Source of the DNA: an uncultured Acidobacteriota bacterium
GTDB taxonomy: Bacteria; Actinomycetota; Acidimicrobiia; Spongiisociales; ZC4RG35
Length of the DNA: 64,000 nt
NCBI GenBank assembly: GCA_963828465.1
Contig: CAWHEU010000021.1
Span: 79,489 to 143,488, forward strand
Direction: 5' to 3'
Part shown: positions 30,592-39,801 of the stretch, piece after piece
Layout of the letters: each line of letters starts with the position of its first letter
Position numbering within the stretch: position 1 is the stretch's first letter
Translations under genes and position numbers: made by a program
Notes under the pieces: model-generated
What the model saw: only the letters and a program-made list of their open reading frames with translations
Databases searched by the model: none
What the model was told of the DNA's origin: nothing

Positions 30592-31260
30592 TCAGGCGGG
30601 CTGCTCGGCGCGATCGGCAGCGGCTCGGGCCAGAACCTCGACGAAGACCTCCGGTGGCTGGGCTCCGCTGATCCCGTATCGGCTGTCGATCACGAAGAAC
30701 GGGACCCCGTTGATCCCGTACTGCCGAGCCTGGACCATGTCGACGCGCACAGCGTCGGAATGCTCGCCTGCCTCGAGTGAGCGAACGACGTCGTCACGAT
30801 CGAGACCTACCTCGGCGGCAAGGTCGGCCAAGTCCTCGACCCGTCCCACGTGCCGTCCCTCGACGAAGTAGGCGCTCAAGAGCCGCTCGTTCATCTCGAG
30901 CTGGAGACCACGCTCCTTGGCGTAGTGAAGGAGCTCGTGCGCCTTCAGGGTGTTGGTGTGCTGCAGGGAGTCGTAGTCGTACTCGAGACCTGCAGTTCGG
31001 GCGATGCCCACAACCCGGTCGATCATCGCCCGGGCCTGGTCAGCCGACACGCCGCGATGACTCATCAGGAACTCGACCTCGGACCCGCTGAACTCGACCG
31101 GGGTGTCGGGAGCCAACTCGAAGCTGTGATAGACGACCTCGACCGGCGCCGCGGTGAAGCCGGCGATGCCGCTCTCCAGATTCCGCTTGCCGATGTAGCA
31201 CCACGGGCAGGCGACGTCGGACCAGACATCGATCCGGATCGGGGTGTTGTCGGGAGCCAC
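30592..31260 (-). CDS. DsbA/FrnE-family oxidoreductase
   Basis: IDVWSDVACPWCYIGKRNL, NTLKAHELL, GINGVPFF..GISGAQP. Confidence 0.92.
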   Translation of the reverse strand: MAPDNTPIRIDVWSDVACPWCYIGKRNLESGIAGFTAAPVEVVYHSFELAPDTPVEFSGSEVEFLMSHRGVSADQARAMIDRVVGIARTAGLEYDYDSLQHTNTLKAHELLHYAKERGLQLEMNERLLSAYFVEGRHVGRVEDLADLAAEVGLDRDDVVRSLEAGEHSDAVRVDMVQARQYGINGVPFFVIDSRYGISGAQPPEVFVEVLARAAADRAEQPA

Positions 31261-31316
31261 GAAAACCAAGTTACTGCGATCCGGTTTCTGTCCCACCCGG
31301 CCTATACGTTCACGGC

Positions 31317-32002
31317 ATGGCCGGTTGCTCGATCGACGACTGCCCACAGGATCTGTATGCCCGAGGCATGTGCGAGATGCACTACCGACGAGTTTTGCGA
31401 ACTGGAGACCCAGGCCGCGGTCGATGCAGCGAGAGAGATCACGTTGTGTGGCTCCTAATTGCCACGAGTCCGCAGAGGCCTGGGGTTATTGCCATGGCCA
31501 CTATCAACGACTGCTTAGACATGGGGCAGTCGGCGAGGAGCCGCTTCGGAAACCAGGCCGGCTCTGTTCGGTCGTCGACTGCCCCCGGCCACACCAGTCC
31601 AAGGGATTCTGCGCTGCCCACTACAAACGGGTTCTGGCCACAGGTGACCCCCAGGCCGACCGACCGATCCGAGAGGTGAGCGGAGCGGGCAGTTCGAGCC
31701 ACGGGTACTGGTATGTAGCCGTACCGCCAGAGCTCAGACATCTGGTTGGAGGCATGCGATCGGTCGGAGAACACCGCCTCGTCATGGCCCTCCATCTTGG
31801 TCGTCCGCTCCTCTCGGACGAGGTCGTACATCACGTCAACGGGAACCGCAGCGACAATCGAGTCGAAAATCTCGAGCTATGGCTGACCTCACACCCGAAG
31901 GGTCAGCGAGTCGAGGACATCGTTGCATTCAGCATCGAAATGTTGGCTCGGTACGCCCCCGAGATCGGCGCCTGGGCTACGAGTAGGACAAAAGCCTCTT
32001 AA
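31317..32002 (+). CDS. HNH endonuclease with three Cx4Cx9CxxHY zinc-finger-like repeats; frameshift near 31415
   Basis: CSIDDC..GMCEMHY, CVAPNC..GYCHGHY, CSVVDC..GFCAAHY, then EHRLVM..LGRPL..EVVHHVNGNRSDNRVENLEL. Confidence 0.8.
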
Positions 32003-32013
32003 GGCATTACAGG

Positions 32014-32086
32014 CAGTCCCGAGCGGGTTCGAACCGCCGTTTCTGGCTTGAGAGGCCAGCGTCCTAGACCACTAGACGACGGGACC
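32014..32086 (-). tRNA. tRNA-Glu (CTC)
   Basis: GGTCCCG..TCTAGGACGCTGGCC-TCTCAAG-CCAG..GGTTCGAACCC..CGGGACTG; followed by CCT rather than CCA. Confidence 0.95.
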
Positions 32087-32112
32087 AGGTTGGGGCCGAC
32101 TCGCGCCGACCC

Positions 32113-32187
32113 TGGCTCGGGGGGAAGGACTCGAACCCTCAATAACAGGGCCAGAACCTGCCGTGTTACCTATTACACCACCCCCGA
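32113..32187 (-). tRNA. tRNA-Gln (CTG)
   Basis: TCGGGGGTGGTGTAATAGGTAACACGGCAGG-TTCTGGC-CCTG..GGTTCGAGTCCTTCCCCCCGAGCCA. Confidence 0.95.
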
Positions 32188-32259
32188 ACGCGCACGCCCG
32201 AAAGCGATGCGGGGTAGAAGGCAAGGATAATCGACGGCAGTCCCAGTGCGAACTCTGGC

Positions 32260-32676
32260 TCAGGGAACCAGAACAGGAACCGCAGTGGCCTCAGCGGTAA
32301 CCGTCAGAGGCGCTGTCTGATCGACGAACACGCCCATGAGACCCAAGTCGAGGCCGTCGACGACGAATACCGAGACGGACAAACCATCCGGTGCGGTGGT
32401 GATGACCACCTGGTCCAGGGTGACGTCTTGGGACGCGACGTACGAAGACCCGATGCCAGCGGCCCGATCCGCATCGATGAGGACCTCGCCCGTGGCCCGA
32501 TAGTGCTCCTCATCGATGCCTGAGCCCGCGGCTACCGAAGCCGAATCGGCGATAGCGGCCAGCTCCCGTTGCAACGCCAAGGCCCGCCAGAAGTCGAGCG
32601 CCAGGCCACCGAAGAGGAGCAGCAAGAGAGACAAGCCCAGCATCCACAAGGTGACCGAACCTCGCTCTGACCTCAA
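32260..32676 (-). CDS. Short TadG-like minor pilin
   Basis: SERG/SVTLWMLGL..GLALD...IADSASVAAG Tad N-terminal domain; TTGA overlap. Confidence 0.8.
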   Translation of the reverse strand: MRSERGSVTLWMLGLSLLLLLFGGLALDFWRALALQRELAAIADSASVAAGSGIDEEHYRATGEVLIDADRAAGIGSSYVASQDVTLDQVVITTAPDGLSVSVFVVDGLDLGLMGVFVDQTAPLTVTAEATAVPVLVP

Positions 32677-33101
32677 GGGATACTCCGGTATAGATCGACC
32701 AGCTCCGAGTGAGAGGCTCCGACCCACAATCCGCCCACCTCGCCCCATGGCGTTGCGACCAGCGGAACCCAGACTTCGACCTCCGCGGCCACGGTCGACC
32801 CTCGCTCGAAGGTGCACGCTCCGACTGCATCACTTGGGCCAGACTCAGCGGCGCCGCACCACGAAAGGCGAACCAAGTCGGGTCCAAGCCCGTGGTTGGC
32901 CGCCATGTCCGTCACAACCTGGCTCCCCGCCGAGATATCGAGCTGGATCACCGCAGCACGCACCGCTTCTGCCGCCGCCGCTTCGGCAAAAACGCGACGT
33001 TCAGCCCAGGGGCCGAATGCCAGCACGGCGAGCGCAGCCGGCAAGAGAAGGACTCCGACCGCGATGCCGAGCTCCACGGCCGCGTGACCCCGATCGTTCA
33101 C
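32673..33101 (-). CDS. TadE-like minor pilin
   Basis: NDRG/HAAVEL prepilin motif, AAAEAVRAA, one Cys pair. Confidence 0.8.
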   Translation of the reverse strand: MNDRGHAAVELGIAVGVLLLPAALAVLAFGPWAERRVFAEAAAAEAVRAAVIQLDISAGSQVVTDMAANHGLGPDLVRLSWCGAAESGPSDAVGACTFERGSTVAAEVEVWVPLVATPWGEVGGLWVGASHSELVDLYRSIP

Positions 33102-33490
33102 GGCGGCAACTCCCTCGTGGCCTGTGCCGTCATCTCGATCACGAAGTCAGGAGTGAACGGTGTCCATGAGACGAACACGGCGCTCCCAGACGCTGTCACC
33201 ACCCCGGGACCTACCGCGCATGACGCCACGATTGAGTCGCCCATGCGGCCTCCCAGCAGCTGGCCTAAAACGTCCTCGACCCTCTGCCGGCATTCCTCCT
33301 CCGAAGAGCTGACCGATCCGACCCGGGCACCCTGATCGAGGGCGGAGCGGAGAGCACCTCGTCCGTACTGGACGACGACGAGATTGGCCAGGGCCAGGAA
33401 CAGGAGCATTCCAAGCCCGCTCGCGAGGAGGAACTGGACTGACGAGATCCCCCGCTCGCTCAGCCTCCGATCAGCTGAGAGCGGATCCAC
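33098..33490 (-). CDS. TadE-like minor pilin (start uncertain: GTG 33490 or coupled CTG 33463)
   Basis: SERG/ISSVQF hydrophobic helix; ALDQGARVGS. Confidence 0.75.
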   Translation of the reverse strand: MDPLSADRRLSERGISSVQFLLASGLGMLLFLALANLVVVQYGRGALRSALDQGARVGSVSSSEEECRQRVEDVLGQLLGGRMGDSIVASCAVGPGVVTASGSAVFVSWTPFTPDFVIEMTAQATRELPP

Positions 33491-33639
33491 CCGACGATGT
33501 CCACGCCAAGAGCCTGAAGCGCACCCCAGATCACCACGAGTGCGGCAATCGCCAGGGCAGCATTCCCCATGAGCTCGGCAGTGTTCAGGCCCCGGTCGTC
33601 GCCCCACGTGTCATGGAGCCATTTCTTGAGGGCCAGCAT
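33460..33639 (-). CDS. Flp-type major pilin, 59 aa (not in the ORF track)
   Basis: AAAGGAGA RBS; MLALKKWLHDTWGDDRG/LNTAELMGNAALAIAALVVIWGALQALGVDIVGWIRSQLIGG. Confidence 0.85.
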   Translation of the reverse strand: MLALKKWLHDTWGDDRGLNTAELMGNAALAIAALVVIWGALQALGVDIVGWIRSQLIGG

Positions 33640-33651
33640 CTCAATCTCCTT

Positions 33652-34578
33652 TCATCGCCAGCCTGTGATCAGATAAGGGAGAGGCGCCGCCACGAAGAGC
33701 AGGAGGACCGGGGCCAGAATGGCGATGGTGGGCACCAGCATCGCCGCTCTGCGCTTCGTCGCCGATCTCCGCATCGTCTCACGACGGGTCTCCCGAACGT
33801 CCTCTGCGAGATCGAGAAGAGCCGGCGCCAGATCTGCGCCCCTTTCCTCAGCAGTCGCCAGGAGTCGATAGGTGCGGCCACAGAAGGGCTCCGGGGTCAA
33901 CTCGGCGATCCTCCGAAAAGCATCGGCGGCACGCCAACCCGACCGGTGTAACCGGAGCGCGTCCGCAAGCTCGGCGATGACCTCACCCTCCCCACGGCGC
34001 ACGACGTCCTGGACGGCATGGACCACGCCGCCTCCGGCCCGAACCCTCATGGCGAGGAGCTGGTTCACCGTGTAGATCTCGATGCACATCCGCTCTCGCC
34101 TTCTCTCTATCGCCGAGTGCAGAGATCCCCTCAGTCGAGTCGCCCCGATCACGACGCCGAGGACCAGGAGCACGATGCGCTGGACGGGAGACGAGCCCAG
34201 AATTTCGCCGAGAATGAGCGCGAGACCCGCAGCGATCGCGATGGTCCGCAGTTGAGCCATGCGAAACGCCTGCACCGACTCCTCCTCGGGCACGTCGCGG
34301 TACCAACCGGCCTGGCGGAGCTCGAGAATCGTCACGCTCTCGCCGGACTTCTCCAGCACCCGACCCACCGAGGCCGCCAGCGAGCTGAGCATCGGCCCGA
34401 AGACAGCGGCAAGCGGGCCGGCCCCGGTCGGGCGCTGTGACGCCGTGCCTGAGGGGCGCAGATAGGGATTGATTCTGGAGGTGAGGCTGCGAGCCGGGGG
34501 GAACAGGGCGTGGACTACCAGCCCGGCAGCCAGGGCGGTGGTTCCGGCTGCCACCAACACGACCGGCGTGACAGTCAC
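33652..34578 (-). CDS. tadC: TadC-like (T2SS F family) platform protein
   Basis: TM helices; LAMRVRAG, AEERGADL...LVPTIAILAPVLLLF; follows tadB. Confidence 0.8.
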   Translation of the reverse strand: MTVTPVVLVAAGTTALAAGLVVHALFPPARSLTSRINPYLRPSGTASQRPTGAGPLAAVFGPMLSSLAASVGRVLEKSGESVTILELRQAGWYRDVPEEESVQAFRMAQLRTIAIAAGLALILGEILGSSPVQRIVLLVLGVVIGATRLRGSLHSAIERRRERMCIEIYTVNQLLAMRVRAGGGVVHAVQDVVRRGEGEVIAELADALRLHRSGWRAADAFRRIAELTPEPFCGRTYRLLATAEERGADLAPALLDLAEDVRETRRETMRRSATKRRAAMLVPTIAILAPVLLLFVAAPLPYLITGWR

Positions 34579-35438
34579 TCTCCACCCCGCGCCGAAACGA
34601 ACACCCTGGGCTCAGCCGGCTGAGCCCCGAGCTTCGAGGCCACGACCACCCCGACCAAACTCATGACCCCGCCGATCACGGCGACCAGCACCCCGATCTG
34701 CGACGCATAGAACTCGCGGAAGGGCCCAGCTCTTGCGGTCATGGCGACAAGCACCAGCCAGGGGAGGATGAAGACGATGCGTGAGTTGATCTTCTGTTCG
34801 AGCGCATCGGTTCGGATCTCTTCCAGAGTCCACAGATCCTTCGTCGTTGCATCGGCCAGATCGGAGAGGATCTCGGGCACAACGGCACCCCCACGCTCGT
34901 AAGCCAGGATCAACACCTCGATGACACGGTCGGAGGTCGGGTCGGCCAGATCGGATTTGATCATCTCGAGCGCGGGCACAACTCCGAGACTGTGCGAATA
35001 GACCGGAAAGCCCCGAAAGGCGTCGCGTAGGGGAACCGGCCCGTACGAAGCGAGGCCCTCGATCGCGGTGGGAAGCGATGCCCCCGATCTGACCGACGCC
35101 AGGAGATCCCGGAGCCCGTCGGGCCACGCCCGTTGCACGTCGTCGAGCCGCTGCGACCGCTTTCGAGAGAAATACGCCTTGGGAAGAGTCGACACGACCA
35201 CGGCGGGCATCAACGAGACGATTGGAAGGGATGTCAGGGCGAAAACGACCGCGTAGGTGCCGAGTCCGGCGCCAAGTGAGGCAAGCCAGAACTGCCCAGG
35301 AGTCACGTCGAGCCCGGATTCCTTCAGCCAACTCGCCTTCATGGACGTGGGCCGGCTCCTATGCCTGAAGCCAACGACCACACGCCTCATTACGAGCGCC
35401 AATGCAATCGAGGTGGCCAGGGCCGCGGCGAGTGTCAC
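34575..35438 (-). CDS. tadB: TadB-like (T2SS F family) platform protein
   Basis: WPDGLRDLLASVRSGASL, ERGG..EILSDLA, LPWLVL; GTGA overlap with the ATPase stop. Confidence 0.82.
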   Translation of the reverse strand: MTLAAALATSIALALVMRRVVVGFRHRSRPTSMKASWLKESGLDVTPGQFWLASLGAGLGTYAVVFALTSLPIVSLMPAVVVSTLPKAYFSRKRSQRLDDVQRAWPDGLRDLLASVRSGASLPTAIEGLASYGPVPLRDAFRGFPVYSHSLGVVPALEMIKSDLADPTSDRVIEVLILAYERGGAVVPEILSDLADATTKDLWTLEEIRTDALEQKINSRIVFILPWLVLVAMTARAGPFREFYASQIGVLVAVIGGVMSLVGVVVASKLGAQPAEPRVFVSARGGE

Positions 35439-36708
35439 CAACTCGCCTCTCCCTGCAACACCTGGGTCAGGTTGGCCCCTCCGGGCAGCGCGCGCTCGAG
35501 ACGCCGGATGAGGGCTTGCGGCGGCATCGACCCAGTCCATTCGAGTGGGCCACCCAGTCGATCCCGCCGGAACAGGGGCTCGGATGAGAAGTCTTCGTGA
35601 AGAGACGGGACCAGAGCACGGATCTCCATCGTCTGGCGTCGGATGCCGCCGCCGGTCGGTTCGACATCTCGCTCGAGGTGGATGACCAGATCGATCGACG
35701 AGGCGAAAACCTTGCGCACCACCCGCTCCGGGACGTTCTCTCCAGCCATCAAGGCAGCGTTCACCAGGGCATCGAGTGCATCCGGTGCCGAGTTGGCATG
35801 GATAGTGCAGGCGAGACCGCATCCTGCGTTTACGGCGCGGGTCAACTCGAAGGCTTCTCCTCCCCTGACTTCGCCGACAACTATCAGGTCCGGGCGCATC
35901 GCCAGCGTGGCTTTGACAAGTTGTCGCAGGCTGATCTCCCCGCCGCCGTCCAACGATGGGGGCCGGGCCTCGTAATAGGACCCATGGACGATCGGGACGT
36001 GCAACTCCCTGATCTCCTCGCATGCCCGAACACAGTGGTCGGACGGGACAGCAGCAATCAGAGCAGAGAGGAACGAGGTCTTGCCGGCACCGGGAGGGCC
36101 ACTCACGATTACAGAGGTGGACGAGCGCATAGCGAGGCTGAGGAAATCCGCAGCACCGCAGCGTCAACGATCCGAGTTCGACTAACGAGGCGAGCGTCTC
36201 CTTCCGGAGCGCGTAGCGGCGAATAGTGGCTGATAGATGGTCGGAGACCGGCGGGATCACCGCTGTAAGACGCGGCCGACCCATCGAGGATGCGCGCTTG
36301 GGATACTGGGTGAGAGGCATCGAGCCGCCGGTCGGTGGCTGCCATCAGCCGCTCTACCACCTGGCGATTCTCCGACTCGGAGCTCGGCACATCCAGCCCA
36401 CGAAGCCGACCCCCGGCTTCGAGGAAGGTCACTCTGTCGCCTTCGATGAAGATCTCCTCCACGTCGTCGCGATCGAGGAGATCCCCCAACGGTCCAAAAT
36501 AGGACACCGATTGGAGCAGGCGCCGCACGGTCGCATCCGGGTCTGCCAGCGAACGGGTCTCACCCATGTGTGCGTGTCGCTGATAGTCGTCAACGGCCGC
36601 CCGCAGTAGCTCGACGAGCCGAGCGGTGTCGCGTTGCGGGTCGAGTCCCGAGCCGTCGATCTTCTCGAGCGCTCGCCTCCGGATCTCGTGATAGGCATCG
36701 ACCGTCAT
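35435..36708 (-). CDS. tadA: TadA/CpaF pilus ATPase, with two frameshifts (about 36275 and 36160)
   Basis: GPLGDLL..DVEEIFI, RRLDASHP..ARILDG / RLTAVIPP..TIRRY / VSGPPGAGKT, EEIREL, LAMRPDLIVVGEVRGGEA, TIHANS across three frames. Confidence 0.88.
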
Positions 36709-37805
36709 CCCGCAGCCCGATCGATCAGGGACGCCACCCGGCTCAACGATTTCACGAAGGGACCCCGTCTCAGACGTGTCCCATCCCACGACGCACGCTC
36801 GAGTCGGCTCTCTTCGGGGACCAGGATGACCGGCATCGCCGGAAGCAGACGGGCCATCTCTGCCCTGATCTCGAGACGCCGGCGACTCCCGGCAGCGACA
36901 CGGTTGACCAGGGCCACCGTGTCAGGCGCGTCAGTCCTGGTGGACAGTTCCTGAACAGATCGGACCAACCGTGACATGCCCACTGGATTTCCTAGGCCGA
37001 CCACGATGAGGACCTGGAAACGTACGTGTTCGAGGCGATCAGGGCGCGGGCATCCCAGATCCGCGATCACCACTTCGTAGCCGGCCTTTCCGACTTCGTC
37101 GAAGACACCTTCGATTTCCACCGGTGGGATGTCGTAGGGCGACATCGCATTGGCGAGGCCACCGATCACGTCGACCGAGTCATGGTCGAGAATCGCCTCG
37201 GTGACCGAACCTGAGTCGTGATGGGCGGCCTCGAGCGCCGTTAGGAGGTTCGGATGGACCGGGAGATCGAGGCGCTGCGCCATGGATGGCGTCCTCTCGT
37301 CCAGGTCCATCAGAAGCGTGGGTCGTGAGAACGAAAGGCTCGTGGCAATCCCGATCGCGATTTCAGTGCAGCCCACCCCACCGATAGGCCCGAGCACGCC
37401 AACACGAAAGGAACCAGACGCAGGCACGACAGCCGACGCCGGTCCACTCCGGTGGAGCAGAGTTGCCTCGGCCGATGCAAGGAACTCGTCTGGAGCCGCG
37501 CTCTCTTCGATCACATCGGTGATGCCGCACTCGAGGAGGTGCCGCTTGGCGTCGGGCGCGTCTACCGGGTCGTACACCCCGACGATCTCCCGTCCCAGTT
37601 CCCGGACTCTTCGGACCAGACGGGGCGTCAGGAACGAGCAGACGTCGTCGATGAACAAGACCTCGTACTGATCGGTCACCGCCTGTTCCGGGCCCATGAC
37701 CCGTGAGCGGACTCTCCCTCCACCGTGGTCGATCAGGAACCGGTGGAGCCGGTCCGGCCAGGCTCGGGCAGAGGCGGCGAGAGCCAACTCGGGTCCGGTG
37801 TTCAC
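36705..37805 (-). CDS. CpaE/TadZ-like MinD/ParA-family protein with a receiver-like N-domain
   Basis: Degenerate Walker A GPIGGVGCT, LMDLD, VIADLG, LVNR; between cpaB and tadA. Confidence 0.75.
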   Translation of the reverse strand: MNTGPELALAASARAWPDRLHRFLIDHGGGRVRSRVMGPEQAVTDQYEVLFIDDVCSFLTPRLVRRVRELGREIVGVYDPVDAPDAKRHLLECGITDVIEESAAPDEFLASAEATLLHRSGPASAVVPASGSFRVGVLGPIGGVGCTEIAIGIATSLSFSRPTLLMDLDERTPSMAQRLDLPVHPNLLTALEAAHHDSGSVTEAILDHDSVDVIGGLANAMSPYDIPPVEIEGVFDEVGKAGYEVVIADLGCPRPDRLEHVRFQVLIVVGLGNPVGMSRLVRSVQELSTRTDAPDTVALVNRVAAGSRRRLEIRAEMARLLPAMPVILVPEESRLERASWDGTRLRRGPFVKSLSRVASLIDRAAG

Positions 37806-38482
37806 CCTTTTGCCTCCTCGAGAACGTCTGCACCTGTGGACCGGAGGATCTCCAGAGACCCGTCCGCGATTGCACGGGCGAGGGCCAGTGCCTGGGCAGG
37901 GCTCACCCCAACGACAACGTGATAGGGACCGGCAGCCGACAATCCGGTTTGCGTCGTGTCGGCAATGCTGACAACTTCGAGATCGCTGGCCACAAACACC
38001 GGCTCCTCGCCGACCATCGAAATGACATCCACACGATCCCCGATGACCAATGTGGCTCCGGCGGCGTGCTCGGCCGCCACCGGGATGCTCATCGTGCGAA
38101 GCCCATCGCCGGCGCCGGGCCGGATGACGTCAGACCGATCGATCAGCTGCCCTTCGCCGACCGGCCGGCCGACGATCCATCCCTCGAGACGCTCGAGATC
38201 GGCCTCCCCCACCAAGTGGTCGAGACCCTCGAAGTCAGCCGAAAGAGGAACAAGTCGGACGATGTCCGACGTGAGAGGAGAGCCGGCCGCGATCGGGGAG
38301 TCGGCGATGGCGACCAATGTCGTGGCGTCCCGGCTCTGAAGAGCGAGATAGTTGAGGACGAATGCAACGACGACAGCGAATGCGATCGCAATATGAGACA
38401 GAGACGGTCGATAGCGAGCCGACCGGACGGTCGGTGCCGAGGTGCCCGCTTCCCTCGTCAGGACGGAGGGACTCGTCTCCAC
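37802..38482 (-). CDS. CpaB/RcpC-like SAF-domain protein
   Basis: TM helix; IAAGSPLT..RPVGEGQLI SAF domain; L.IGDRVDVI. Confidence 0.8.
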   Translation of the reverse strand: METSPSVLTREAGTSAPTVRSARYRPSLSHIAIAFAVVVAFVLNYLALQSRDATTLVAIADSPIAAGSPLTSDIVRLVPLSADFEGLDHLVGEADLERLEGWIVGRPVGEGQLIDRSDVIRPGAGDGLRTMSIPVAAEHAAGATLVIGDRVDVISMVGEEPVFVASDLEVVSIADTTQTGLSAAGPYHVVVGVSPAQALALARAIADGSLEILRSTGADVLEEAKG

Positions 38483-38537
38483 TTTGATGTGAACCTATTC
38501 GTCGAACCTGCAGTCGATGTCGAGAGCGCGAAAGTAG

Positions 38538-39068
38538 ATGGAACAAACGCCGGACCGGGATGTGGAGTCTCACCTTCGCCACGGGGCTGGGAGGGAGTGG
38601 TTGGAGGAGGCTGCCGAGGACGAACAACTCACCGAGTTGCTTCGGAGGCGGCGGTTGGACCTTTCCGGGCGAGCCCTCGAACTTGTTCACCGCGGAGAGC
38701 GTGTGCGGGCCGAGACGGGAGCCCACACGTTCTCCGGCCGCGTCGTGTACGCCGGCGCGGACTTCGCCAGCATCGATCGGGGCGACGACAGGGTGGAGAT
38801 AGTCCTCGACTCGGCGATTTGGACAGTGGAACGAGGCGAGTCGGGTGGCAACGAGCAGAGCGGCGACAAACTCACCTTCCGCGCCCGGCTCGCCGAAATC
38901 GCGGCTGCAGCGGAGATGGTGCGCATGGTCGTTGTCGATGGGAGGGCCATCGTCGGGTCGATCGATGTCGTAGCCACCGACCACGCCGAATTGACCCAGG
39001 ACGGGAACACGATCGTTGTCCCCATCCGCCAGATAGCGGCGGTGATCCGCTCTACATCTCACTTCTGA
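38538..39068 (+). CDS. Hypothetical protein with two internally repeated beta-rich halves
   Basis: RVRAETG..FSGRVVYAGADF and MVRMVVVDG..IVGSIDVVATDH. Confidence 0.75.
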   Translation: MEQTPDRDVESHLRHGAGREWLEEAAEDEQLTELLRRRRLDLSGRALELVHRGERVRAETGAHTFSGRVVYAGADFASIDRGDDRVEIVLDSAIWTVERGESGGNEQSGDKLTFRARLAEIAAAAEMVRMVVVDGRAIVGSIDVVATDHAELTQDGNTIVVPIRQIAAVIRSTSHF

Positions 39069-39270
39069 CATTGTCGGTCTCCGCAGTCACCGGGTGGGCC
39101 CGGACGAACTCGTAGATCTCGTCCCGGAAGAACTTGAACGTCCGACCACCGGGGAGTTTGTAGGCGGGCAGCCTCCCCTCTCTGGCATATCGCCTGACCA
39201 TCTGCACATTCATTCCCAGCAACTCCGCTACCTGCGCCGCGTCGAGGATCGGTGGGTAGTCCTCAGCCAT
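39052..39270 (-). CDS. Small MerR/excisionase-type (BldC-like) HTH DNA-binding protein
   Basis: LDAAQVAELLGMNVQMVRRYAREGRLPAYKLPGGRTFKF. Confidence 0.88.
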   Translation of the reverse strand: MAEDYPPILDAAQVAELLGMNVQMVRRYAREGRLPAYKLPGGRTFKFFRDEIYEFVRAHPVTAETDNVRSEM

Positions 39271-39376
39271 CTGTCGTCCTCTTCGTTACTCGAGATGAGC
39301 CTACGGCATCCAGGGATTGGTTGGAATGGGCTCGGTTCCGGCTTCACCAAATGGCCATACCGGCCGATATCTGAGC

Positions 39377-39754
39377 ATGCTCGAGTTCTATCTCGGTTAC
39401 AGCATGGGCCAGTCTTCGGCCAGCCGGGCCGCCTCTTTGGCGCGGAGCGCGGCCGTCGCCGACGGGACCCATCACACGAACCGGATCGAGGACCTCAACG
39501 AGCGGATCGACCGCCTGGTGATGATCATGCGGGCCACGCTGGCTCTTCTCGAGGAGCAGGGCATCACACCCGAGAAATTGATGGCGAAGATCGAGGAGCT
39601 CGATCTCCAGGACGGAGTCGACGACGAGCGAGTCCGCGAACTGATCGTCGAGTGCCCCTCCTGCCAGTCCAAGGTGGCGCCGGGTCTGCGCAATTGCCAG
39701 CTGTGTGGGACCGAGGTCAGGGCCGATACCGGTCACCCGCTCGGTCACGTCTGA
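39377..39754 (+). CDS. Hypothetical protein, coiled coil plus C-terminal zinc ribbon
   Basis: RIEDLNERIDRL; LDLQDGVDD; CPSC-x8-CQLCG. Confidence 0.75.
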   Translation: MLEFYLGYSMGQSSASRAASLARSAAVADGTHHTNRIEDLNERIDRLVMIMRATLALLEEQGITPEKLMAKIEELDLQDGVDDERVRELIVECPSCQSKVAPGLRNCQLCGTEVRADTGHPLGHV

Positions 39755-39801
39755 CCTGATCCGAGACAATTCGGCAACACGCCCCTCAATACACTCCGCC
39801 G

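Noticed and set aside
14843-32086. Genomic island bounded by the two tRNA-Glu genes
   Set aside because: Both are full tRNAs with different anticodons, the interval holds core genes (gltX, ilvE, rnhA), and there is no integrase
32236-32244. GGCAGTCCC matching the tRNA-Glu 3' end as an att site
   Set aside because: Only 9 bp and on the promoter side of the tRNA pair, the wrong side for an att remnant
39052-39270. Excisionase of a mobile element
   Set aside because: No integrase or att site nearby; stand-alone HTH proteins of this type are common actinobacterial regulators
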